Of a stretch of DNA of 64,000 nt, positions 13,298 to 27,100 are shown in pieces. The DNA is from Haliotis rufescens. Taxonomy: Eukaryota. The notes beneath the pieces were generated by a model, which did not search any database, was not told the origin of the DNA, and was given only the letters and a program-made list of their open reading frames with translations. A program made the position numbers and the translations under genes. The stretch lies in contig NW_025963850.1 of the NCBI RefSeq assembly GCF_023055435.1, forward strand, positions 1-64,000, written 5' to 3'. The first letter of the stretch is position 1. Each line of letters begins with the position of its first letter.

Positions 13298-15285
13298 TGT
13301 TATATTTAGGAGGTAGACTGCGCGTTCAGTTCCAAATTCAATTTTGCACAGTTAAATCTAAGGTAAACTAGCCCTTCAATGTAAAAACAGTATGTTTATC
13401 TCCATTCTACCATATAAGCATATAAGGACGGCAACTTGGGAAGCTAACATGAGGTGAGCATCCCTAAAGAAAACTAAGCAAGCTTTGCAAGGCTTTTGTT
13501 CTACACCGCATGCCACCATTATGAAGTCATATCGTTCATTGTGACGCAAAACATATGACGTCACAGTCGTACATAGAAAAGCGCCAAATTCTAAGCTCTC
13601 TGTTGTCTCAAAAACTTAAATAGTTCTCTTTGTAGATTTCTATCGTCTTTTCTGCGCTAACTGTACTGGCACACACACTCTGTATATTTTAGCAGCCGCA
13701 AGTTTGCATTTTGTAACCTGTAATTGTAGATGTTATTATTTAAATATGCCTACCGACAATGACCATGAATATTAGCTTCCGTGGTGATGCGACCGTCAAA
13801 CAAGCTGTTTCAATCAGAGGGGTTTTCTTGTGATTTAATAGCCTTTGACTGACCCATCAGAATCGAGTAATTTACAAAATTATGGTAGAATTACTAATAT
13901 AATGATTATCATTATAAAATGGGAATGATATTTGTACACCATGATAAGATATTCTGATCTACTTACGTTGTGTAACCGAAAACTCTTTCTTTCAAATAAC
14001 CAGCAGCCAATCATCAGACGTTAAAAAGAAATCTTTCCACTATGCATCGTTAACAATGCTGGCCCCCATTCACCATTTGTTTCTGATATGAATACGCGAA
14101 TTTTTTGTATACATTTGACCTCCTGAGCATGGCACTGTTGGTGAAGTGTTAGAACCTATCCCAATTTCACATCAAACCTCTCTTATCACATACATCACCC
14201 ACTACATAGCACAATCTGCCATTGTCGTTGTTTACATGGTTTTAACATGTCTCCAGTGTGCACTAATATACAAAAAAAATCGTAGACAATACATTGTCAG
14301 TAATGTCAATGTGGGTTTGTGATAGCTGATGAAAAAGGGAGGTAACTCTATCGACTCTGTTTCCAGATTTTCGAACATGGATAGGGAAATTAGACAAATC
14401 CATGTACACTTAGAGTAAAGTAGTAAGACTGGGACGCATGTTTATACAGGCACAGATACACACTGCACAATATGGAGGTTGTATAGCACCTTGTACACAG
14501 GAGGTAGATGATAATAATGTCCAAATATGTAGGTTGATGTCACGTCCAATCAGCATATTTTCTTCATCTCTTTTGATACATAAGGAACATATGTGCGACA
14601 ATCATGTGGCTTAGAAAACAGGAAACATACTGACGCACGCACGCACGGACACGGGACAAAATATACAGTATCTTTTTCTGTCAGCTCGTATTGCTGATTA
14701 GGAATGTCAAATGGATAACAAGTAATTTCTTTAGGTGTATAAGCGTCAAATATACAGAAAGGATTGTGTAGATATTTGTGCTTGTCAAAACTTTTTTTTG
14801 CTCACAAAATCTTTCTCCGCACAACGGCTCTTTAGGTGAAACTTTAACGGGGTATAGGCGACGCCCAGCAGTATTTGTGACGTCATTTTATATGTATAAA
14901 TAGATCAACGTTGAGCGCGTCAAATCGGGTCACACAGCCAGTCGTCTATCGGCTGTGTAAACATATCATTCTGAATGACTTAACCATATACAAACACTTA
15001 TATATTCAGGGCATGTCCTCTTTATCATGTGTCGGTGTACTCTCTTCAGACATAAAAAGTTATATACGACCTTACTATAAAAAAAACATTACAAATAATC
15101 ATTTCGGTAGCAAACTATTTTCTATGTACTAAATCTAAACTTTTTAATAAACATTAAACAGTAGTATCAGTCTTGCAACTATATCTGCTTGTGGCTAGTG
15201 ACCTCATCCGTATGGTATGCGGAGATAAAATCACGCACATATCCCCGACGCTTCGCCACTGAGGCCTATGCTTGCATAAGCTGCC

Positions 15286-15287
<2 letters not shown>

Positions 15288-15370
<83 letters not shown>
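15288..15370 (+). repeat. (GA)n microsatellite
   Basis: About 40 GA units. Confidence 0.95.
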
Positions 15371-15372
<2 letters not shown>

Positions 15373-16085
15373 ACTAAGTGACATAGAAACAGGAAATAAA
15401 TAGTAAAGTATAAATAGGTTTGTGGGGAACTCCATGCCAGTATGTTTCATCCAGTATTGGTGTCAGCGGGCTCCTAATTGTCGCTCTGCATGTTCTCGTG
15501 TTTGAGAGCTAAGTGTTTGTAATTTTCTTTAATATTCAAACCGGAAGACAATCTTTTCATAAGTATCAATCGTGGAAAAATATGCATTTCATTTGAATAA
15601 ATATTATGGTTCAACAATAGTGTCAACTCCCCAGAGGGACAGGTAAAACAATGTGAACTCTCCCTACCTCATATTGGCTTTCTATTGTGTAAGCCACACT
15701 CTATAAGTAGACAAAATAATGAGGCTGTTATATAATTATTAACACGTTATAATGTTAAAATTTTCCCAAATAGTTACCCTGCAAAGCCCTGCACTGGTGT
15801 TCTATCACAATAAATGTGTAACTTGTTTACATATGAATAATTACAGCACGTATAGATCATGATCTGATTTATTACATGAGATCGCAATAAATTCTTCACT
15901 AATAGGGATAAAATCTACCGATTTAGACATATTTGCCCTCATAGCATTGCGCTATCGCGTGTCCTCTGTGATAAACACAAACGAATAACCTTGACCTTGA
16001 CCTACTCAAAGGGAGTTTCCTCCTTCAGTCAATGGGCTGACAGTGGCACACATTGTTTATCACAGATGTTGAATGGCATCCCATG

Positions 16086-16240
16086 NNNNNNNNNNNNNNN
16101 NNNNNNNNNNNNNNNNNNNNNNNNNNNNNNNNNNNNNNNNNNNNNNNNNNNNNNNNNNNNNNNNNNNNNNNNNNNNNNNNNNNNNNNNNNNNNNNNNNNN
16201 NNNNNNNNNNNNNNNNNNNNNNNNNNNNNNNNNNNNNNNN
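16086..16240. other. Assembly gap (155 N)
   Basis: Run of n. Confidence 1.
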
Positions 16241-16504
16241 ATAGTAAAGTATAAATAGGTTCGTGGGGAACCCCATGCCATTTTGATTCATCCGGTATGG
16301 GTGTCAGCAGGCTTCTAGCTGTCGCTCTCCATGTTCCAGTGTTAAGAGGGGAGTGTTTGTAATTTTCTTTAATATTCAAAATCGGAAGATGCCTATTTTC
16401 ATACGAATGGACTATTGAAAAACATGCATTTCATTTGATTAAATATTATGGTTTCAAGAATAGTGTCAACTCGTAAGGGAGTTGAGAAAAAAAACCAATA
16501 CAAG

Positions 16505-16790
16505 GTTTGTGTAGTGCCGTCCACCCTTCCTTGTCCTCATCTGCAACACTTGCGCCACTCTTGATCACACGTGCGGCTACAGATTCATGTCCATTCTGAC
16601 AAATTATATATAGTGCCGTCCGTCCGTTCTCATTAAAAGCTGTAACACTAGCGCAACTCTTGATCACAAGTGCGGCTACTTATTAATGTCCATTCTGACA
16701 AATTATATGCACTGCCGTCCGTCCGTCCGTTCTCATTAACAGCTGTAACACTTGCGCCACTCTTGATCACAAGTGCGGCTACAGATTAGA
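16505..16790 (-). pseudogene. Degenerate inverted fragment (about 3 units) of the gene A-type ankyrin array
   Basis: The minus strand reads ...IKSCASVTAFNENGRTALYIICQNGHESVAARVIKSGASVADEDKEGWTALHK, the same 99-bp unit as 30590-33120. It has a 4-nt ggac slippage and a stop in the first unit. Confidence 0.85.
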
Positions 16791-19430
16791 TAATGTATAA
16801 ACAACCTGTAGATCAATCATCAAACCTTTTCAGTCATGGAACTAACCATATTGACAATGACAGTGTATTCGTATGGATGCATTGTATTGGTATCATGCAC
16901 AATCCGAAAATACACTCCACCCTGGCAGGTATTTCCACTCCAATTGTCCGTACTAATTGCAATTGCCAGGTGACGGTAGTTCACGTCCCTATATTTTCAG
17001 TAAGTAGTTGGTGCGGTATGGGGAACATGATGAGGTACCCAAAGGACCAGGACAAACTACGTAGGTATCATTCATGGTGTCATTGAACATCAGCATATGT
17101 CTGTGCACATGAGAATTGGACATGTTGCCATTGGAATCAACATCAGTGCTTATCATATTTCTCTCAATATGATCTTGTCTTGGAACAGCATAGTACTCCT
17201 TGCGTATCTGACAGTCCTCAGGTTGTGATTTTGACATATTTCATCACTCTTGGACATCCTATGAGAGTTACTTGATGAAAAGAAACAGTTGGTGTCTGTG
17301 AGCAGATCCCCCAAGGGAAGGCTATTTGTTTTTTCCATATCATCTGTTGTGAGATCAGGATTTTAACTTCATTTTTATAACAGACACTTGCACACATGGG
17401 ACATCTATCACAGACATTGTGTCTGGACGCCCCCATGGTTTTGCAGGTTAAAATAGACCCCAAGAGTCAATTGTGTACAGACCACCGAAACATAGATGGG
17501 ATGTAGGTGTCTGTCTGGCGTTTTACAACAAAACAAAGTATACTTTTCTTTTAATATCAATTTAACGCCGATTGTGCATTGGGTATGTGTTATTATATCT
17601 GGTGTCTGAAAATGATGTTATTACCTTACATTTATGATTTATCAATAAACATATGTAACATGAATTGTAGCCCTTAATTCCCATTCGTTTACTACCACTG
17701 TATGTTTCATATAAATGACAAAAGAAAAAGCCATCACAATAGATACAACAAAACAAAGGAATTAAACTTTACTCAAATAGAAAATTGATTTATAGTGAGT
17801 GAGTGAGGGGACGCAACTGTGCACAGCGAATCGCGGCGCCTTAGATGACTGGGCCACCCGTGCCCCCAAAATTGATTTATATATGACAAGACAGTTTTAT
17901 TAGCCAGTTCACAAAAGACACTTCACTTCCTTCATTGACGTCGGAGGTTGAAGGAGAGCGCTCGTTCGCCATGAACAAATCCCATTGAGCAAGACACACA
18001 AATGTTTATGGAATGTTACAACTAAACAAGGGATCCTTTAAAGTTTGGTGTTTACTTGGCCCTGGGTATAATATAGGTGCCCGGAATATTAAACCGGAAT
18101 CCCCACGGGGCACAACAATATTGCGAAACGAGATACATGAGTATCTGTCAAAATGTAGCAGTTGTTTATTTCATTGAAATGCTGTTAACTATTTTCATAT
18201 TGATGAGATATTAGAAGCCTATGTTTGCGCTTTGATATTTGAAGTGATAGGCCAGTTCCGTATCTTTCAGGTTTATTCGTTGAATTAACATAAACATACA
18301 TTCGGATATTTCGAATTGTACACATATATATAGCGCCATCGAAACATTCCTAAAATAATAAAATAATTCGGATAGCTCTCCGTCATTTACACCTGAGATT
18401 GAATCATTTTCTGTTATAACTCGCCACCCCAGTGCTGATGGCCATGTAAGACATGTCCATGTATTTGTACGTAAAAGATCCTGTATTATTTAGTGTTTGG
18501 CAGGGTAAGTCGTTGACGCATTGCCGCTCGGAACAATTACTTTGTATTGATAGACTTGCCGAAATCGTTTCGACTTAAGTCATGATTGAATTGATATACT
18601 AAACAGCATTCAAAGATTAATTAGAAGCACATTAGAGATACACTTTTTTCAACGGTTATTAAGAATATACCCTGGACACAAACAATACCGTGTTAAAACC
18701 ATTTTCCATTTGATGTTGATGAACATGATTTATGTGGTTTGTAGGATAATATTACCAACGCAGTGCTTCGTCTAACAAGTCGAACCAGAAATATATTATT
18801 TATAACGAACCTTGTCTGTCTCTCTTGAATGTGGTTAACCGGCTCAGTGTCTATTCTCTGTAATGGAAATGTTAACAGTTATCTAACTGTATATATGGAA
18901 TACTAGATGTACAAAATGTACGTTTTGATTGTTCAGTATAAGTGAGTAGGGTTAAAAGGGTTCATGTTAAAGTAGTGAGTGTGTATTGGTTAACGGTATT
19001 ACATTTATATTAAGACGTAGGGCACGGGGGCTTCCAGCCGTCTCAGGTGCCGTAATTCGCTGTGCAGAGTTGCGTCCATTGGTTCCTATGGTTCTAGGTT
19101 TTGTCAGCGCCGTACCCGTGCTCGTGAGAAACGTTTAAGACTTGCATCATTTCGGGATTTAGTACACGCCGTGATATGACTGGAATACTGTTCAAAGTGG
19201 TGTCAACACAATTTACGCACTTAAATTAAGCCTTTATCAATACGTGTCAAGTTGGTGAGGGAGGTAAGCCTGAAGTTATTACTAATATACACACGAGCAC
19301 AACACCCAATTCAAATGTTGCTATAATGCAATTGACCTAATACAGCTTTGGTTATGTAAATATTACACTGTACCTAAAAACATTAACAGGTAAATGAAGC
19401 AATGGTTATTTAAGAATGTCTTGGACCTAC

Positions 19431-19472
19431 CTGATACCGACATCCAGGCCAACATCGAAGAGTATTTCCCAT
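19431..19472 (-). pseudogene. DD4: orphan first exon of the DD family (no DD exon found downstream)
   Basis: ATG...CAG|gtaggt, 42 nt, MGNTLRCWPGCRYQ; same length and phase as exon 1 of the other DD genes. Candidate exon 2 at 18857-18811 (RIDTEPVNHIQERQT) ends in phase 2, unlike the paralogs. Confidence 0.6.
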
Positions 19473-19592
19473 TTTAAATGTATACACTATGACTGCATCT
19501 ACTCCTGATATGGAAAATGTTGATCGCTTATAAAGCTGGAGATCTGGAATGACACAGACTGTGCACTAGCGTACTACTTATAGCGGTTAGAA

Positions 19593-19603
19593 GGGGATTC
19601 CCC
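19593..19603. promoter_or_regulatory. kB site upstream of DD4 exon 1, between DD4 and gene A
   Basis: GGGGATTCCCC within the near-palindrome gaaggggattccccttc. Confidence 0.65.
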
Positions 19604-21185
19604 TTCGAAGGTGACTATAGCTTTGGACGGGACACAACGGATTTCAGGTCCCGGATACAAGTCTATGGTCTTGGATTTGAGGTGAGGGGAGTAAATTGCG
19701 TGTGTAGTGATGGTATAAAAAAGCGTTGGATATTGAATGTAATCGTGTTTCATTAAATTGTCTACTACGCGATTTCATGTTTGCGTACATGAATCATTAG
19801 TACGGTTCCTGTCACATGTGCAATCAATTCAGTTACTTGTTTAGTTGCTTATCTTAATGATCGGCTGTAGTGTAAGCTTTGCTCACGCCAATACCTGTCT
19901 TTGGGTCCTTAATATGAGTCTGAAGGTCACAGGCCAAGATTGCTACTTTATACGACAACATTTTAAATACTATCACACATATCATCCTGTCCTGAAATAT
20001 TGAAATTTAAGACCTGCATAATAAATCAACAACAACAAAAATCATTTCAGTTACGCAGCTGTAAGCTTTAATATCATTCACATTATATATATTTTTCAAC
20101 TACAATTTCATGATTGTCCACGTCATCATAAAGCATAATAAACTACATTCTATAATATATTGGATATAACTAGATTGTCACATTTAAGGCTATGATATAT
20201 TATTTCTTCACATAATACATTTGTTGGTAATATTTATCTTCCTATGCTTCATTTTTTGCAATATTTGCAAACATCACCTGTCGTCAAAGGATTTTGTTAA
20301 CATCTTTAAAAAAGTAAACATATAAATCTATTTTGTTTTGGTTAGAAAGTGTCCTATTGTATAAAAATCAAAACGAGTTGCACTTTATTTTGCCTTTTTA
20401 CCACAGTGCCTGTGACTAATTTCCTCCATTTAAACTGCTCATACAAATACCCACATGCAAAGATATACTTCAATAGTCAATAATTATTCATAAATTACAC
20501 ATAACCATGAAAATAAGAAAGTATTCATAAGCGAACTGTAAGTTGTTATCCGGGTTTGTTCAGCGTTACTATGTCATACATTGCTCCATTTAACAACTAT
20601 GTCCGACGACGACGCAATAACACTGCCACCGGAGCACATCGCAAGACAGTTTAAATCAACACAAGTAGGGCAGATAGTAGTGCTCTTATTAACTGTTTCT
20701 TAAATACAAGCGATACGTAAAAAACTCTGGTGTTTTCCCCACTTCTGGTCGCTGCACACGTTTGGACAACGTACAGCGGACTTCGGATTTCGGATTTTCA
20801 CATACAAGGCAATGATACGGGGATATCATAGGCATTAAATCCATGAAAATAATGAAACGTTTTACATAAACATGTCTATCTGTATAACAGGGGTTCATGA
20901 ATCTGAAGCTATACTCGGTTGCCTGACGTCAAATGTCTCCTTGTTTATTCAAACCGTTCTGCTTTCAATTGGGATATGATAATGACATGGATGTGTATAA
21001 TGTATTCTGTGACAGGGCGTTACAGCAGAGCGGTATTCATTGAATGTACCCGTATTACAGGCAGCCAACCGTCATGTCGTATATCAAGTGCCACGTCACT
21101 GCAGTCCTAGTTTCTCTTTCGTTATGCGTTGTACATAAAGGGGGCGCGGACATAGTCACACATCAGACATTGAGTAGACAGAGCT

Positions 21186-24100
21186 ATGGATAGGGGGGAC
21201 AGAGAGGTGATAGCTCCGTACTTCACGGGGAAGAACAAGGCACTGAAGCTCACTGAAGTGTTGGAAATACTGGAGAACCCTGATGATACACGGGCTATAG
21301 TAACACCCCCTGCTCAACCCCATGGAGGAGACGGGTACTTGTACAGGGTGGAGGCAGACTCGGCGGAAGGTAGGTTAAAGAGTGCATGTCTTGAAGTTTT
21401 AACATTAATAAAAATGCATAATCTGATGAGTATTAATAAAGGGAGGATTAATAATGGAATAAGACAGTATTAATGAAACACTAAATTTGATTATTTATGT
21501 TGTGGGATGTGGTGTGATGGGGTCGTATGGGTGGGTATTGGGAGCAAGTAGCAGGTGTCAAATAGTCAAAGGAGCCACAGACCAGTGAAGATCCGGGGAA
21601 GAATTTATAGGTCTTCAGCAACACCTGTTTGCCGTAAAAGGTGACAATACTTGTAGTAAGAGGCGACTAACGGGATCGGGTGGTCAGGCTCACTGACTTG
21701 GTTGATGCATGTCGTCAATCCCAATTGCGTGTATCGAGGCTCATGATATCAATCACTGGAACAAAAACAAACACACAAAAGACGGAGTGGCATTTGGAAG
21801 GAGGGTAGTCATTGTTTCTAAAATAGTCCTGGGCTCGAATCTCAGATTTGTCTTTTATGTGATTCTAGGCTTGTAAACGTCGATGACCTATGAAGATCTA
21901 CGCCACTTTACGCCACTACTCCACTTTACCAAATGTTACTTTACTCATGCTTTAGCCTTCACAATGTAGAGATGAATAGCGACCTACTAGACCCACTGAT
22001 CCCTATGAACAATACAAATATAGTTGACTAAACGTTCACATACTAGTATGCTGTGATCGCGATCGTGATATCAGTTATATTTACACACACGTAAGGTTTA
22101 AATATAACCCGCTATTGACACAGTCAACACGTATATATGGAATGACAGCTCATCGCTCGCACTTCGTGGCAATGAGCCGGATCTTGCAAGGGAATATACG
22201 TACTCGTGTTACCTGTAATGAAAAAAACGTTCCCGACTGCAACTCGTAAATAGCACCCCGATCTGAGGCCATGCAACGCACTACCAAGCTCTTTGTATTG
22301 ATTCAGGTTGCAGATCAATGCACGTAGCTAGGCAGTGATAATGAAAACATTTTACGCTAAAAAGCATTGGCAGTTTCTCTTTCCAAACGCTACTTTTGAT
22401 GCAGAAAAACAAAACAACTAAAGAATTGCACTTAAAGAACATACGATGAAGTTGATTGTCAATGTATTGATTGGGCCGAAAGCTATGCAAATATTCACTA
22501 AGAAAGTTTGATTGCATGTGCGGTACTGATCAGGTAGCAGATGCACTATAAATCCCTTGTACATAATATTGTGGCAACATTATTTAACATTTTGTGATAT
22601 TTGTTACATTGTTTCATATTTACAAGTTTCAATTTATTCATAAATTAGAACGTGTTCTTGTCATCTTTGGTCTGAAGAAAGCCACCTTGAATTTAAATGT
22701 AAACTCACTTACAATTTGTGTCGACTTAGAACCTCTTAAATTTGGATTTAGACTGTTTGCCGTGAACAACGTTACATCCAGATTCGTCATTAGTTGACAC
22801 TGTCTATAACCTTCACATTGTGTCCTTAATAATAGTTCGTTATTGATCATTCTGTTTGATGGTGGACGTGGATGTAGGCTTGATTCTGTGTTTATATTAA
22901 ATTATGTTCATTGCAGCAGATACCAACTATAAACCAGGAAACATTGAATCAACTAACGCGAATTTTAGGGGGAAAACATGATCGAATCTGTATGTATATT
23001 ATATGAATTATTTTTATTGCAGCAGATCCCAAATATATAACTCAAATATATATCCCAAATATATAACCGAAACTAACACCTAACCGACCGAAATGACGTC
23101 TTGTAATCATTAAGTTAAGTTATTATTGCTCTACAGATTCCTGGGAAAATGACAACTACTACTTCAAGCACAATGGTTCTCGTGAACAGCCTAAACCTTC
23201 ACCCAAGGTTCTCAAGCAGGACTTCGTGGCTTATAAAAGTGATGGCACCACCACCGAGGCTTTTAAACGACAGGCATACAACTTGCTCGAGGGAGACGTG
23301 AAATATATATTAGTACACTACATTGGGAAATGCACAGTAGCATTATCCGATCCAAAATATGAGAAGCGTTTGAATACAGCCCTCCACCATGAATCCCAGA
23401 TAGTGAACAGTTACGCGATAATAGCTGGTTCTGGAGATGAAGATGGTGGAGATTGGGAGACCAGGGATATGGAATGTGATCATGATCGTGCAAATACTAA
23501 CTCTCCTACTTTCCTGGCTTCCTTAGATGAAGTTAGCTCAAGGAAAAGGACACATGACCCTGATATGGTAAATCGTGTGAAAACTCCTAAACGTTCAGAA
23601 AACGAACAAGTAATTGAAAACAATTTGATAGACATCATAACCACCGAAAGTGTTAGTCATCAACATGATGAAAGACCGACCAACCTCAAGTCACTCACCG
23701 AATGTTTGCTGAACAAACGTACTCATATCGTTATCGCAAGACGTGTGTTGAAGCAGGCAAAATACTGGGAGAAAAGCACCAGATTTCCTACCTTTGACAG
23801 TCCATGTTTATCATTAATCGCTGACATCGACTGTAAATGGAGAAATGACCTCACAGAAGTCAGTGACAGGTTGAAGTGGTCACGACTTAGCCCGGATGTT
23901 CTCGGCGAAGACCAGTGCAAGGATACGTATCACAGACTGGTATCTGCTGTCATAGTAGGTGCATATCACATGAAGACGGACATCACAGAGTTTGTTGACA
24001 CCCTCTATATGTACCCATCACATGTGATGGGTGACAACGCCTTAACAGATGACGACGATGGGACGGATCCTCAGATGTGCAAGGTGGGGCCCCACAACAT

Positions 24101-27100
24101 ACAGAGGAATCATCTCCTCGATCAAACAGCATGGCTTGGCGATGAGGTAATTTTTACGATTTCGTAGCTTATATTTTGCTCTTTATGTATTATATAATTT
24201 TATTCTGAAAATCCTTTCTAAAAGTTTAACATTACTTGGACAAATTAAAGGTACAAAATCGACCAGGACCATCTTCCTTCTCGGTCGTGGTCGGTAGGCC
24301 ATGTCAAATAATGATATCAGGAATAACATTATTAAAAATGAAAATTGTACAATATTGATAGATGATAAAAAGACCATTTGTTCCAATAGTTGAAATTGCT
24401 TACAGGCCAAATAACATTAACTCGCTCAATCGTTATTTGAGCAGTTCAGACAGGATATATGTTGCAATAATGTTTTTCTAAATTGCTGGTTGTAACACGT
24501 GACGAAGGGGTTTTGTATACAGGAAACTAAGGTTATAACGAACTCAAAGGGACTGCTAATTTTAGTTCGTTATAACCGTAGTTCGTTATAAGCATATATA
24601 TAGCATAACTACAGCAAATAGTCGGGACCAAAAAAGTAAGTTCGTTATATCCGTCAGTTCGTTATAAGCGTGTTCGTTATAACCGTACTTTAACCTCCAT
24701 TGCAGGTGATGAATGCATACATGCATGTCCTGAAGACCACGTGGAATAGGATCCACAGCCGCCACTGCGCTGTACTTGATTCCTTCCTTGTCAACCATTG
24801 GGAGAAAGACGAGTATGACGTGCACCCCTGCAAGGTTGGACGAGCATAGTCATGTACATTGTATAAAGTGATGAGTAAAGTACTGGTATTAGGTTTTCGT
24901 CCAAAGATGGAAATTAAAGAGACTTTTGAAGATCTTCGATTCGGTTATGGATCCTTGTTTAGCATCTACTTTAGGCTCTAAGAGATATGAGGTCGGTTTT
25001 GGAGACAGTTCATTGAAGATCTAGAGCAGCAGTTTTCCTTTTCCAAGAATATCATCACTGGACATATGTCAACATGCTATGTGCAGTAAACTACGGTTAT
25101 AACGAGGTTTAATGGCCGCTTTCAACAGTGTTCCAATTATTTCAGTGTGTCAGATTAATGTGGGAGGAAAGCAAGAAGTGATGCAGGTTTCAGACATTAA
25201 CCACTTTAGTTATTGAGTTTGAAATGTTCAATATCATAGCCATTTCAACATAAGTATCATACGCATGTATCCAAATCAGAGGGAAGTAATCGTATGGATA
25301 TGCTAATATCAGTAAACTTGATCAAATGGAAAAGAACTTATTGTAAATTATAATACAGTAATCTGTAGATAGACATACGTCTATGTGGTTAAAGAGCATC
25401 AAATGAACCTTGCTTGATCAGGGTAAAACATTCAAGACCATATTATTTTCCTTTTCACCAAAACCTTTACTGTAAATAAAAGCGACATAACCCTTTCCTC
25501 ATTCTAGCTTGTCCCCCATCTCAGTGGAGCTCCTTTTTTAATATAAATGTATGTGCTTCTTTCCTTTTTTGGAAACCAGGCGTTAGTCTGAAAAGCATTA
25601 AAATGTTTGGTTTGTATCAGTGACAAACACGATGCAATTCCATGTTTTGACTTTTGTACAATAATTATGTCTCTGTTTCTCGGGCGACCGGTTGACTTGT
25701 CTTTGCATGTGTTTGTGACAGGTGCCACCGGTGGACAGAATACGGTCACCTTTTGCGAACTGGTATTGTCACTATTTGCCAGTGATTTATTAGCACATGC
25801 TCGTGATATAGTCGGTATCATTCAAGGTGTTTGTTTTAATTATGGCAATGATTTTGCGGATTTATTTTATATTAGGAGGAACTTGGAACTTACACGTGGA
25901 TCCTGATGCCAGTGAACATGCCACTGAATCAACACTGGGTGCTTCTGGTCGCCAATGCCCAGGATGGAACAGTGGGCGTGGTCAACTCTAAGCCTGTCCT
26001 TGATGTAGGGGACAAACTTATACAACATTGGAGGTAATTTGAGGGCGTGGTCAGCTATATGTAGAGATAAACCTTTATCATCCAAAACTGATATCGCTTG
26101 GGTGAGATCAAGTGATATATATAGTTTAGATATTGCTGCAACATAATTGCATCACACTGTTTTGCAGACCATAGTGACGTCATTGGTTACCACGACGTCA
26201 CAAATGACATCACTAATGACTGCTACTGAAGCTGTTAGCAATACTTTTTACACTAAAGACACTGCGTATTACTGCTACAAACTGAAACAGCTGGCAGAAT
26301 GATGTTGGATGATAAATTAAAGCTCACCCTTGTGTCTTTTGATGTCAAATATATCAACACTCGTTGATATTTTTTACTCTAAAAGACACTCTAGTGAGAT
26401 TCTCTATGAACAACACTGTAAGTAGGTGGGCCGAACAGGTGATGTGGTCAACTCACAGCCTAAAATTGATGAAGACTACTGCGCTGACCAGAGCTGAGGT
26501 ACACACTGATGAATGTCTGCTACCGATTTTGAAACAAAAGCTGCAATCTGGCTCAGCTACAAACATGTATAGTTAATCAGTCCTAAATGTATAGCGCTAG
26601 GTTGTAGGTGGGTTTGAGACAGGGGAAACAAATAGAGGTCGTAAACTATATCCTATATCTATTTCAGAAAATATACACGCTGTTTGAGGAGAGGTGATGG
26701 GTCAGTGATCACATGGACAAAGACAGAATATCCAGTACTGAGTCAAAGTGATGGACATAGCTGTGGCGTGTTTGTGAATATGGTACGTGAGCTAGATAAG
26801 ATATATAAATCTTTCATTATTGAATAGTATCAATGATAAGAGCATATACAGCTAAACATGATGAATTGCTATAATTTATTATACAGTTTAAATTTCTCAA
26901 CATTTCCACTTTTTTCACTAAATCTTCTGCAATTCCACCCAGCATGGGAACTATATTACAAATGTCAATCGCATGAGCATGCTCTTGGGTACTTGCCATT
27001 CAAATGTGTCATTATCAAAACTGAATATTTCTAGTAGTATCTTAACATACCATATCAGTATTAATATACTGATCCGTTTCTACGATATGTGTTTACTTAA

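Noticed and set aside
15154-16379. SL/RE-repeat ORFs and X-filled ORFs
   Set aside because: Artefacts of the (GA)n microsatellite and the N gap.
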